Source of the DNA: Octopus bimaculoides
Lineage: Eukaryota
Reading direction: 5' to 3'
Assembly: GCF_001194135.2 (NCBI RefSeq)
Contig: NC_068982.1
Location: 85,329,488 to 85,372,235, forward strand
Length of the DNA stretch: 42,748 nt
Position numbers and translations under genes: made by a program. Below the pieces are notes generated by a model. That model made no database searches and was not told where the DNA came from. It was given only the letters and a program-made list of their open reading frames with translations. Every line of letters begins with the position of its first letter. Position 1 is the stretch's first letter. This document shows, piece by piece, positions 22,893-36,400 of this stretch.

Positions 22893-25800
22893 AATATATG
22901 TATATGTTTGTGTGTCTGTGTTTGTCCCCCCACCATTGCTTGACAATCGATGTTGGTGTGTTTACACCCCCATAACTTAGTGGTTTGGAAAAAGAGACCA
23001 GTAGAATAAATACTAGGCTTACAAAGAATAAGTCCTAGGGTCGATTTGTTCGACTAAAGGGTGCTCCAGCATGGCTGCAGTCAAATGACTGAAACAAATA
23101 AAAGAATAGCTTTGTAGATAAATAAATCAAGAAAGTATTTGCCCATGTTGCACTAGTCCCTTGTTTGCTGCAGCATAGCTTATATATATCTAAAGAGTCT
23201 CGATATATAAGCTATACTGTAGCTCAAACACAATTTGGGTACTTTTAGAGCTCAATTTCATGGCAGTATGCATCTTCATGCTACTATGAGAGTGAGCTCT
23301 ATAAGTAACCAATTTATGCTTGAACACCTAGAAACCACATAAACATGCACACATGCATATGCACACAAACAGGCTGATACACACATACACACAAAAACAA
23401 GAGAAAATGAAAACCAGCCTCTTACCAGCTAATGTGTTTGCATTGCGATTGATTCCTGCTAACCGTTTTGATGTCCCAAAGTCAGATATCTTCAAGACAC
23501 CACTGTAGGTATTCACCAAGACATTGTCACCTTTAATGTCACGATGAACAATTTTATTGTCATGCTGCAAACAACAAATGAAAGAAATTAGAGCAAGGGA
23601 ACTTGAGATGGCTAAAAAGGTGCAAATTGCTTATTTGGAATTGATATGGAGTGTGGTACTTCAATGGTTACATCATCATATTCTCTCTTCTAGACCTTAT
23701 GTAATGATGTTAAAGACCCACCAATGGTTGAGAATAGGAGCATTTTAAAACAAAGTGCATTTCCATATGTGTGGTAGCAATGGTTCACAGAAACTCAGTG
23801 TCACTACTTCCCTAAAAAAACAAATATCTGATATTCATAACTAATTGTAAACTTTGAGAAGACATAAAATAAGAAAAGAAGACAGAAGCACTAAAAATAA
23901 AAGTTAGGCAAAAATTGATCTTGTAATTTTAAAATTAGTGTTGCCTCTCTTTTAGTTGTCATACATAGTTTGAGGCCTGTAGTGCTACCCTTACTTGCAA
24001 ATTCAAAGGAGGATTTGAGATTTGTGGAATGACTCTTAAATGATTCCTTATGCGTATACCTATGCACTCAGTGTGTTTCAAAACTTGATGGAAAGAATTC
24101 ACATCAGCTTGATATACAATCATTTTGATATTAAAATATATACATCCACTCATAAATGCTCGTGGCAAATATTGCATTTGCTTTAATGTTGAGTGTAATT
24201 CTTTTAGTCTATCTATTCATCATATTGTATCACAGATTAAAGGCTGAGAATTCCACACATTTGAAATCCCAATGTAATCATCAAATAGACATAGTGTGAC
24301 AAACATGGCTCTTCGATTTAAAAATACATTTAATGTGAGAAGCTTCTGAACAATTTCTGCCAAACTAATTTCATTCAGAATGCTTAAATGGACCAGCTAC
24401 TATGAAAGAAGACATGTGCTAAGTGCTTGTGCAGAATAATTGAACTGAGAATCACATAACTGCAATGGATACTGCTTAAAAATCCAGGAATGTTCACTAT
24501 AACCACACATATGTATAAATGTTTATATACATGTCACATCACAGAGTATCATGCCTGCAGGCAATACTGAGGAGTAGCTAGTGGCAAGATCTAGTACACA
24601 CAGATGATACAATAATACTAGAATGACATGCTGCCAGCTAGTGGTTGGCTTAACAAACATTGTTAGCTGGTTAACTTCTAGTGGAGGCAAGTACCTATAT
24701 CTGACAATTTAATCCAGTTCAAGTGCACTGATATGTTTGTAGAAACAAAAATTTATTCTTGTGTTGCAGAGGTTGTGGAAGGTTTACAATTAATATATTT
24801 GTTGCAGTATGCTAATAGGGACTGTGAGATTTTAAAACAAATGTGTTTCTTTTGTAAATGTCATCTACAAACCTGATATAAACGTGGTACTTCTCTTAGT
24901 TGCATATTTAAAAGCAGATTTATGATTCACCTAATGACATGTACATCATTTGGTGTGTTTCAAACTTTGATGAAAAGTTCTTGAAGTTCTGCAATGCAAA
25001 AGATCTAACCATAGTGAGCTCCAAAAGTCTGCATTTGAAGTTCAAGGTGTAGATGGTCTCTTTATGACTATTTACTGTTATATAAGCCCACAGTTAGCTA
25101 AAAGCAGATTTTATTTCGTCTAGTTTTATTCAGGATGCTTGTCTTGAGGTGGTGATATGCATGTGCAGGGATTGTGCTACTTGTGCATAATATCTATTAG
25201 ATTGGAGATTGCAGAGCTGTAATCTGGATGTAATCCTACTGTGGAACAAGACTGTATTTTATCTGAAGCTACATTAGTTAGTTGGTCAATCTATAAGTAT
25301 GGTGCAGAATTCTCCATTTAATTATGCATTTTGTGAATTTGTTGGTCTCTAAGTGAACGTGTGTATTTTCATTTAGACATAGAAAAGCTATAAGACATTC
25401 TTGAATGATGAGAATGCACACTAGTCAGGAGTAACTATTCCAAGTAGACCCAACTGAGGGACATGAAATGAAGTGGCGAAAGCTGACCTCAAGACCTTCA
25501 GCCTTACAGATGAGATGACAAAGGACTGGGATCTCTGGTGATATGAGGTTCTCAAAATGACTTGCCCTCCTCAACAAAACTGAGTTCTGGAAGTACTATA
25601 TTTTGGGTTCTCTACACCTATAACAGTGACTCTCTCCCCTCATGCATGTCTAACTCTTCCCCTTCTCATTTTCTTGCTCCCCTCAGCAACTGTATCATCT
25701 TTACTACTCTTGCTGCTTGCTGCCCTCAACTCCTCTGCATCCCTCTGTCACACCCAGCTCATAACTCTTGTCTCATCTTCCTCTTAACCTTGCCCATTAC

Positions 25801-26934
25801 GTCAGCCTGCTTGCCCCTTCATCTTCCCATATAATTTTATGAAGCAAACCCACTTCTACTCAATATGTGCTTTGTGTGACAACCCGAACTCTTGTTCAGT
25901 CCCTACTGATCATTATCTCTTTCCACACCCTTTTTCTTTTCATAGTAGGTGTGAGTAGCCATGCAAGTCCCTCCGTACAAATCTGCTCTTATACCCCCCC
26001 CCCCCCCNNNNNNNNNNNNNNNNNNNNNNNNNNNNNNNNNNNNNNNNNNNNNACCACCACCATTCATAGTAATTCCCTCATTCCCCAGCATGAAGCTGAC
26101 CCCCACCTGTCACACAGCTCGCAATCCTACAAACTACATGGCGATCTCAGTAGTGCAGGTGGCATGAAAAAAAACACCCAGTCCATGCTGTAAAGTCATT
26201 GGCATAAGGAAGGATATCCAGCTGTAAACAGCATGCCAAAGCAGACACTGGAGCTTGATGCAGTCCTTGGATACATCGGTTCCTGTCAAAACATCCAACC
26301 CATGCCAGCATAGAACATGAGCTTTAAATGATGATGATGATGATGATGAAACAAAGCCAGAGGTCTGAAAGTTGAACATATATTTATTTAACCAAGTAAT
26401 TTCAAAAGGACTGCAGGTAGTTTTACAATTTGCTTTATGTAACATTAATTTCAGTGGTCAATAAATTATGTGTACTTGTTTGCAATTATATGGATGATCA
26501 TACAGAAATATGCATACATACACATGTATATACAAATACATACATATAATTCATACATACACAAGTACAAACAAATATGTACACACACACACACACACAC
26601 AAATATATATAAGAAATATAACGAATTTAGGTCAAGGTAACCTTAACTATTAGGTATGTGTTCTGAGCGCTCCAATAGGTAATCCACCAAAAATTCCAGT
26701 TAAAACAGCAGCTGGAGTTGTGGTTGTGTAAAAGTCTTGTCAAAAAAAAACTGGCAGTTGGTGGCTTACCTTTGAACCAGTAGGTATCAGTTAAAGTAGT
26801 GAGGAAGGCAAACAATTAGTCAAGGCAGGATTATAGCATTTAAATTATTTTACTATTTTTACATTGAATTAAATGAAATGCCATAGTCCTGCTGCCTTGA
26901 CTAATTGTTTGCCTTTCTTACTACTTTATCCGAT

Positions 26935-26978
<44 letters not shown>

Positions 26979-28522
26979 GTTTTAGGGAAAAGAACCAAGT
27001 TTTGATTTTAACTGAGTTTTTACTTGTAATTTTGGATTTTATCTCTAATATTATTATTTATATATATATATATATATATATAGAGGTAAATGATAGGATT
27101 GCTTCAATATTTCAGGGGTAGTCTGAAGTATCCAAGCAACCAGGGGATATTTAAATCTGGAGGCACTCCTGGGAATTACTTGTGTGGGTACCGTCTTCAT
27201 TAGAAGGTATCCAGAGGCAGGTAATTTATTGTTTAAACTGCAGTTTATAATTATAGTTATGTGGAGAATAGAGAAACAAACACAAGAAGAAGTAAGTCAA
27301 CTGGGCTAGTTAGCCATTGATTTAATTATGTGGAGATTATATAATGAGTCATTTACGTACGTTTCGATGTGCCAAATGGTTTGGCAGATCTCTTCAGAAT
27401 GTTGAGGAGTATGTTAGAGTTCATGGTGTGAGAGATGCAGGAGAAACAATTAGTGGATATATTAATGCATATGGTGGTATAAGAATAGCATTAGGTAAAG
27501 TTAGTCTTACATTCTAGTTGAAGTTGCGTTAGTCTTCGCACCGGTGGTGTTAGTAAAGGGGAGTAACCCTAAGTTTTGGTGAAGAGGGAGCTAACTCTGA
27601 TCTTATTAATATTTAATTATAATTAATTATACTTAGAAAAGGAAAATTCTTTTTTACATATTTAATTATACTTAGGAAGTGGAATGTATTACATATTTAA
27701 TTATACTTAGAGAATGAGTATTTAGTAGTGTGTAGACAAATTGGGCTACGTTCATATCTTATGTTTAAGAGATCATTACTAGCCATTAGGATTACTCTAC
27801 AGAACATATACAGTCCTGAACGGGAAACTCGGATTTACCCAGTGAGAAATGTTACCAGAACCTAACGACTTATTGTTAGCTTGGGTACCACATAAGGATC
27901 ATTGTAGTTAGCCAGCATCTGAAACCAACTTAAGAGGAAACATGATTACCACTAGGATAATATACCCCTTTAAGCAAATTATGGTTGGTAGGGATATATA
28001 ATCCAAGTGGGTACCATAGTCACATGTACTAGTTATTAATGCCAGCTAACCTCCATGAGTGTATACAAAAATTCCAATTAGTCTAATTTACTAACCTCAG
28101 TCTATCTTCATATCAGTAAATTCATATGTCTCTATAGAGACTGTATTATTTTCTCTACCATAAATTCATCATATATCAATTCATTCATTCGGTTCTCATT
28201 GTACCTTGTGGAACTTAAGGTGACAAGATCATTCCACCTAATACTGAAAGCGTCATTGACAGCTTGTTCCATTGTTAACCCTCTGCTTTTAAGATCTTTT
28301 GTTATTGTTCTCTGCCACATTTCCTTGGTTGGCCATGTCTTCTTTTACCTTGTGGAACCCATTGCAAAGTGATCCTGACAAATGAATTTGGTTTATAGTG
28401 ACAAACTCGACCTAGCCATTTCCATCAAATAGTAAAATAGCCTACACCATAGGTCTCAAAATCAATGACAAGAAAACATACACACTTTGTAAAAATATAA
28501 CAGATGCCAAATTCATTATACA

Positions 28523-28573
<51 letters not shown>

Positions 28574-30049
28574 CTATCTATCTGTCTATCTATACACACA
28601 CACAAATATACAGGGTGTTTGGGCTAAATTTAACAGCTTGAATGAAAAGAAAAGAAAACAATGCCCTATCCAAAAATAAAAATATTTTTAAAAAATCAAA
28701 AGATTTCAACTAGATTATGGCTGGGAAATAACAGTTTACTCAAAGTAACCACTCTCAGCTCCCACCACAGCCCCAAGAAGGCCCTGGAACTTAGCATGTG
28801 TGTTCCTTACAGTGTCCCTGGGAAGATCTTCAAACACCTCTTTCATCTTGGCCACTAGCTCAGCTTTCATGCTGCAGGCAGAGACATTGTTCTCTTTCTC
28901 AACTGTGTCCTACACATAGCGATCCATGGGATTACAATCAAATGAATTAGGAGGCCAAAAATTGGGCTTCATGAAGCCATAAAAATCTCACTACCAAAGA
29001 AAAGCGCACTCCATGGAAGGAGAAAGCAGTAGCACTAGCAGAGAGCTCCTTCAAATGCAGTCAGTGTATGCGTGACTGCCACTCCCATGTGGGCCTCTGC
29101 AGCCACAGCAAATGCTGCACCACCATCAGCAGCTGACACAATTGTTTTGGGCACAGATCTATGGTCTCTCAAGACAGACAGATGCTTACTACTATATACA
29201 CACACACAGACACAACAGGCTTCTTTCAGTTTCTGTCTACTAAATCCATTCCCTAGGCTTTGGCTAGCTTTAGTTTTGGAGAGCATAAATTAGCCTGAAA
29301 TGCAGTTTGGCTTTGTCCCAGGGAGAAGCACCATGGAAGCTATTTTCATAGTCAGGCAACTGCAAGACAAGTATTTAGCTAAGAACAAGCCATTGTACTT
29401 GGCATTTGTAGATTTAGAGAAAGCCTTTGACAGAGTACCTCACTCTGTGATATGGAGGTTTCTGAGGAAGCTATGGATAATTGAATGGCTTGTGAAAGCA
29501 GTACAAGTCCTTCTTAATAAATCCAATGTATTCCTCGATAGTAAGAGAGTATAGATTTCCAGTTCTATCAGAGAAGACGTGCATTTTGGATGATGATGTA
29601 ATGCTATTGATGGTTTTGGATTTTTGAATGAAGTTTTGTTTAGAAAATTTTAAGTTCTTAATCATTTTAAGGATATCGGTTTCAAATTTATTGAAGTGGA
29701 GCTTGTGAGGAGGATTTTTGTATGATCTAAGATTGTATTTGTTATTGCTGCTTTCATCCGATTTGTGCCTGTTACCAGGAAAGAAAGCTTTCCATCTCAT
29801 TCTTCAGATAAGATCATTTGTCTTGCTAAGTACAAGTAGGAGAAAAGTCTTTTGAGATGGAATGGATATATCCTTGAGTGAAATTCCCAGGAAACATTTG
29901 TCCATAGTGAGCAATACCTATATTGAGTGATCTGCATGGCAATTTATGCAAAACATGGAGGTTTAGTTCACAGGTGATCTAAATGGATAGGTATGCTGGG
30001 TAAGTGCTGTAATGTATATATACATACAGACAAACTAACGCACCTGCAT

Positions 30050-30088
<39 letters not shown>

Positions 30089-30128
30089 CACCCTTCCATA
30101 TGTATGTATGTGGGAGTGTGAATATATG

Positions 30129-30170
<42 letters not shown>

Positions 30171-32075
30171 ATGTTGCATGTATGTATGCAAGCACCTATG
30201 GGTATATGAAGATAAGGTTGCAAACGTGTGTGTGTGTGTTGTGTGTGTGTTGTGTGTGTGTGCATATACGTGTTGTGTGTCTTTGTGTGTGTATGCATGC
30301 AGATGCTGTGAATGCAGGTGTTTTATGTCTTCATAACTTTCTCGTATATCTTTTCTTTTTCTCTTTTTCTGTCTATTAGAGTTCCTTCCATTATATTTAA
30401 TGGTTTCTCGAAGTGTCTGTTGCCATTTAATAGCAGATGAGAATGTACAATAGCACTTCACTCCGACATTCGAAACTCTGAGTACTGATAATGACAACTG
30501 TTTACAGTTTGCTCTATTAACTATAACATATATACATTTATATATATATATATATAAATTTATCAAATCGGAACCTCAACAACGATGAGATCAACCTCCT
30601 ATTAAAAGGTCTAAAGTTTACCCCGACACCCACGCCCAACCTCATTGAACTGAAATCTGATATTGAACACTTCAACCGTCACCTCCGACTTTTAGAATTT
30701 TCCAATGAGAAAGACTTAAATGATGAATCAATAGTCCGAAAGAAATCCCACTTCACTCCCTACAAGTGAAAGGACAAATATTTGGATGCGTATATAGACA
30801 CAATCTCAAAATTTCCCCTAAATACCCAGAGATGTAAACAAAACCTCTGTGAAAACGAAAAGAAAGCCTTACGAACACTAAAAAATGACAACACAATCAT
30901 CCTAAAAGAAGCCGACAAGGGAGGGGCAATAGTTATGGACAAAGACTATTATAAAGACAAAATATTGGAAATGTTAACAAATGAAACCTACTACAAGAAA
31001 GAAACTAGGCACTCAGAAAAAACAATACTAAATAAAATCAGAAGGCTAATAAATGAATTCCAAGATTCTTTCACTGACAAGGAAAAAGAGTATATATGCA
31101 ATTCTGTTATCAAAGAGAGCAATTTTTACAGATTACCTAAAATCCACAAAAGCTCCGAAATACAAAATGCCATAAATAAGCAGAAGAATGAATACATAAA
31201 ATTACTAAGACCTGCTGACCTCAAACTAAGGCCAATAGTTGTTGGACCTCAAGCTCCAACACAACAGCTAAGTCATTTTCTAGATATAGTCTTAAAACCT
31301 TTGTGCCCATTAATACCTAGCTATGTACGGGATGACATAGATTTCATCCAACACATTCCCCCCGCTGTTGCAGAAAGTACTATACTAGCAAGTTTTGATG
31401 TTACTAATCTCTATACGAATATACCTCACAGTTTAGGCCTAGAAGCAATCAAACACTGGGTTGAAAAACATAGAGAACGGATAAATGATCGCTTCAAAAC
31501 TGACTTCATCACCAAGGCCACACGTCTAGTGCTAGAGGAAAATACTTTTAAATTCAACAACAAAACATATCAGCAGATAAAGGGCACGGCTATGGGTACG
31601 CGATTTGCACCCTCATATGCAAACTTANNNNNNNNNNNNNNNNNNNNNNNNNNNNNNNNNNNNNNNNNNNNNNNNNNNNNNNNNNNNNNNNNNNNNNNNN
31701 NNNNNNNNNNNNNNNNNNNNNNNNNNNTAAAGTTGTTACTGAATGGCACGAGGAACATTCTAGTGAAGTTGAAAATCATATCTGGCTACCACATTCCCAG
31801 ATCTAAATATTTTTGAACATTTATGGTGCATTTTAGAACAACAAGTAAGGAGTCCTGCACCATCATCACTACAAGAAGTGGAGGCTGTTTTAGCTGAAGA
31901 ACGGACAAAAATTTCTTTCGAAACAATTCAAACTTTGTACAAGTTCATACCTCGTAAAATTCAAGCAGTAATTACTGCCAAAGGCGGTTCTATCTCATAT
32001 TAAAATAGATTTGTTTGAAATTTTAAGGTGTTTCCATTATTTTGTCCAACTCCTGTATATATATATATATCAAAA

Positions 32076-32118
<43 letters not shown>

Positions 32119-32562
32119 AATTCATATAAGGGCATTACTATACAATAATGCCTCATGCTTAGAGGGACCCCTGCCAGTGGAGCGCTAACAGCACCATCCA
32201 AGCATGATCGTTACCACCGTCGCCTTACTGGCACTTGTGCCAGTGGCATGTGACAAAACATTTGAGCGAGGATGTTGCCAGTGCTGCTGGACTGGCTCCT
32301 GTGCAGGTGGCATATAAAAAACACTATTTGAGCGTGGTCATTGCCAGTACCGCCTGACTAGCCTTCATACCGGTGGCACGTAAAATGCACCCACTACACT
32401 CTCGGGTGGTTGGCGTTAGGAAGGGCATCTAGCTGTAGAAACTCTGCCAGATCAGATTGGAGCCTGGTGCAGCCATCTGGTTCGCCAGTCCTCAGTCAAA
32501 TCGTCCAACCCATTCTAGCATGGAAAGCGGACATTAAACAATGATATATATATATGTGTATG

Positions 32563-32597
<35 letters not shown>

Positions 32598-33421
32598 CTG
32601 AAGGATTAAAATTAATCAAAGGACATACTAAGTATGTCTACCTGCTGGAAATAACAGTCAAAAACTCTTATTTAAATCAACAAAATACACTGATGATAAC
32701 TACAAAAATCAATCGAAGGCAAATCATGTCAAGACAATCTCTCAACATACATTTAAGTATTTGTACTCACATGGACCAGTTTCTGCACTGGTAAAAATAG
32801 CCTTAGCTTCTTCAGCATGCGTTACCATGACAGAAACTTCCAACCTATCATTTTGAAGTCTGCGCCGCAACTCTTCATTTTGCACTGAAATAATTACAGC
32901 CACCAGTGTGGATATAATCTCGATATGGGGGCAAAAAATTCATGAGAAAAATATTCCACACTGCTGGCTGCAATTATTTTGGTGCAAAGCAAATCAGTTG
33001 CAGCACATTTAGCCAGGGATCGAAGATCTCATTCAGGAGATTGCAGTAGGTGGCTGCAGTCACTTTAATCTCTTTAAGCACCCTGACTGGGCCAACAAGT
33101 CTGTCCCCAATGATACCAGCCCACAACATGACTCCTCCACTCTGTTGTTGATTCTCATCTCCAAAACAGACCCAACCATGAGGTTCATGCAAGGTTGCTC
33201 TGGTTTCTTCAGTGAATAGAATGCAATTCAAGCTTAACATCATGTACTTTTGGGCCCATTTAAACCTCAAACTCCTGCGAGGAGGCTGTTTCAGAGGTTC
33301 TCACATGGAAGCCATGGTCTCGAGGATGTGATTTCTGGTGGTTTTCGGTACATGAGGAAGTCTGGAGGCAGTGAAAATGGCTTTGCTTGTTTGTCCAGGT
33401 TTCCCACATATATACACACAC

Positions 33422-33497
<76 letters not shown>

Positions 33498-36400
33498 CTC
33501 AATGGTGAAATCAGAGAAAGAATTTATTAACAAAGTCTTCCCAAATTTCAGTGCACAACAAGAATTACAAATGGTCGAGTGAAAAGAGAATTCTGGCACC
33601 ATAAAATGTAACAGTGAATGCAATAAACTTTGATCTCTTAATGTACCTTCCTGGAAATTGCCAATGTTGTCAACCAATCAGAAATAGTAAATTACCCAGT
33701 TGAGTTTTTTATATCCTTGTGTATGGATATATGATTTAACAAAGCAGAGGTAAAGCAATGTATTAACACAACGTACTTCAACTACTGCTATGTGAGACTC
33801 CTAACATCCTCTGTCTTCTCAACGATAATGTTACTCTTTATAAGAATTCAATGAGTCCATCTTTTAATCACACAGGGGTGTTAATGTCTATCACTGCAAC
33901 ATCTACCCCTTTGAGATTGACTTCCGTTGGAAATGAATAAATTTTTTTTTTTTTTTTTTACAACACATCTACCTTTTTGAGATTTACTTCTCTTGATGCT
34001 TAATATTTTTTTTGTTTTGGAACTACCTCCAACAATTCTGTATGTTTTCTTTTTCTTGTACTGGTATGCCTTGGTTCAACGATTTCTTGTGAAGGCAGTA
34101 CATCAGAAATATCGTATTCTATGGATACTTCTTTGTAACCCTTTCTTCAGCAAACCTTCTTTTCAGCTGATTTGTGTCTTTTATGTTCCAATTTCCATCC
34201 TTTCACCACGTACATCATTTTACCAGTTTTATTATTTCACCATCTTCTCAACCTTCTTTTCCATTTTGTACACTCTGAAAAACACCTCATCAACAATTTT
34301 TAAATGCTGGTTGTATTTTTAGTGCTTTTCCACAGTTTTCATTTTTCTTCCAGAAAATAACTCGTAGAAAAGTGACCTAATTTATCATGCAAACATCAGT
34401 TCAGCATGCTACATGCCTGAAGGGGTATTTGAGTTTGGCATTACCCGGTAAACTCTCAAGAATTGTGTCAATGCTACACCATCCACTAACTCATTTCTGT
34501 ATTTCCTTATCACCCTTTTGAACATGTCCACAAAGCATTCAGCTTGTCCAATTGATCTTGGGTGATACAGAGGAGTAATGATATGTTCAATTAAGAACAT
34601 CTTTTTAAAAATTCTTAAATTCATTAGCCATAAATTGTGCACCATTATCGGAGACTATGGTGTCCAGAACACCATACCTTGCAAAACGTTCATGTAAAAA
34701 AATCCACTGTTACCGTGGATGTTGGTTTTCTACATTTACACATTACTGGTCATTTTGTAAAGCCATCTACCACTATTAGATAATGTGATCTGTTTAATGG
34801 TCATGCAAAGTCTATGTGTAGCCTAGTTCATGGAATACTGGTCTTGGGCCAAGGTTGAAATTTTATAGATGGTGATTTCGCTGCAAGAGCACAACCTCTG
34901 TGAGATTTTACCAACTTCTCAATATCTAGATCCATTTTCAGCCAGTAAACGTAACTCCCCATAAGTGACTTCATCCTAGAAATTCCTGGATGTCCAGTGA
35001 GGAATTTGGTTGACATTTGATTTTGTAGTGAGACAGGCATTATGACTCACTGTGCATATGGAAGCACATTATTACATATCGAATACAAATTTGAAACTGT
35101 GTTACATCCACTCAAACGTACTTTTTATGTTTCTTCTGATCTCACAATTTTTTTTCATTTTCATGATAAACTCATCCGTCTCCACCTTAATTTTTATTTC
35201 CTTCAATGTCACAGGCAATTCATGTACAACATTGCACAATATATTTTTATTTCATTTTCGGCTCTTAACACTGCTATTACTGTTTTCTAGTGGTTCACTG
35301 TATTTTGGTATTAACCTTGACAAACCATCTACATGTCCTAATTTTTTAGATAGCAAATACACCATCTTGAAGTCATAATTTACTAGAATTGTTCCCCAGT
35401 GTTGCAATCTGTTGGCTGCGTGTGTGGAGATCCATAGACCAACAATAATGGGCAGTGGTCTGTCTACAAATGGAATCTTCTTCAGTGTATAAATTTATGG
35501 AATTTTTTACTGCAAATATGATGGCTAATGCTTCCTTCTCTATTTGACCGTAACTTTTCTCAGCCAGCAATAAGGAACATGAAGCATGAGCTGCCACTTT
35601 CAGGCTACCATCTTCTTAATTGTGTAATACCACAGCTCTAATACCACTTTCACTAGCATCAGATGCCACTACTATTTCTAAATTTGGGTCAAAATGTGAA
35701 AACAACAATTCTGACATTAAGAAGTTTTAAATTTCTTCCAAAGCTTTTTGGCACTTATCTAACCAGTTCCACTTAATGTCTTTTTTAACAATTTATTCAG
35801 GGGTGCTCTTAAATCATGCATATTCAGTATGTATAAATGGTAGTAATTTGCAAGCCCCCAAAATGCTTGTAATGTTTGTTGGAGGCATATTTTTTATTGC
35901 ACTAGCCCTTGATGTGTCTAGTCTGTGTCCATTTTCATTGATAGTATACCCTAGATATTTTATTCTTGGCATAAAAACTTCACGCTTTTCCTCATTGAAC
36001 TTGAAATCATAATCTTTTATGTTTTTGAAGAGCATTTTAACATGCTCAGCATACTAACCATAAGATTCACCTTTTATAAGTATGTCATCAAGGTAAGTCA
36101 TCATCATCATCGTTTAACGTCCACTTTCCAAGCTGGCATGGGTTGGACGGTTTGACTGAGGACTGGTGAGCCAGAGGCTGCACCAGGCTCAATCTGATCT
36201 GGCAAAGTTTCTACAGCTGGATGCCCTTCCTAACACCAGCCACTCCGAGAGTGTAGTGGGTGCTTTTTACGTGCCACTGGCATGAGGGCCAGTCAGGCGG
36301 TTCTGGCAACGACCACGCTCAAAAGGTGTTTTTATGAGCTACTTGCATGGGAGCCAGTCCGGCGGCACTGGCAACAACCAAGCTTGGATGTTGTTCTTCA

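Noticed and set aside
29979-30566. 195-aa His/Thr/Tyr-rich ORF
   Set aside because: Translation of (CA)n/(TA)n microsatellites.
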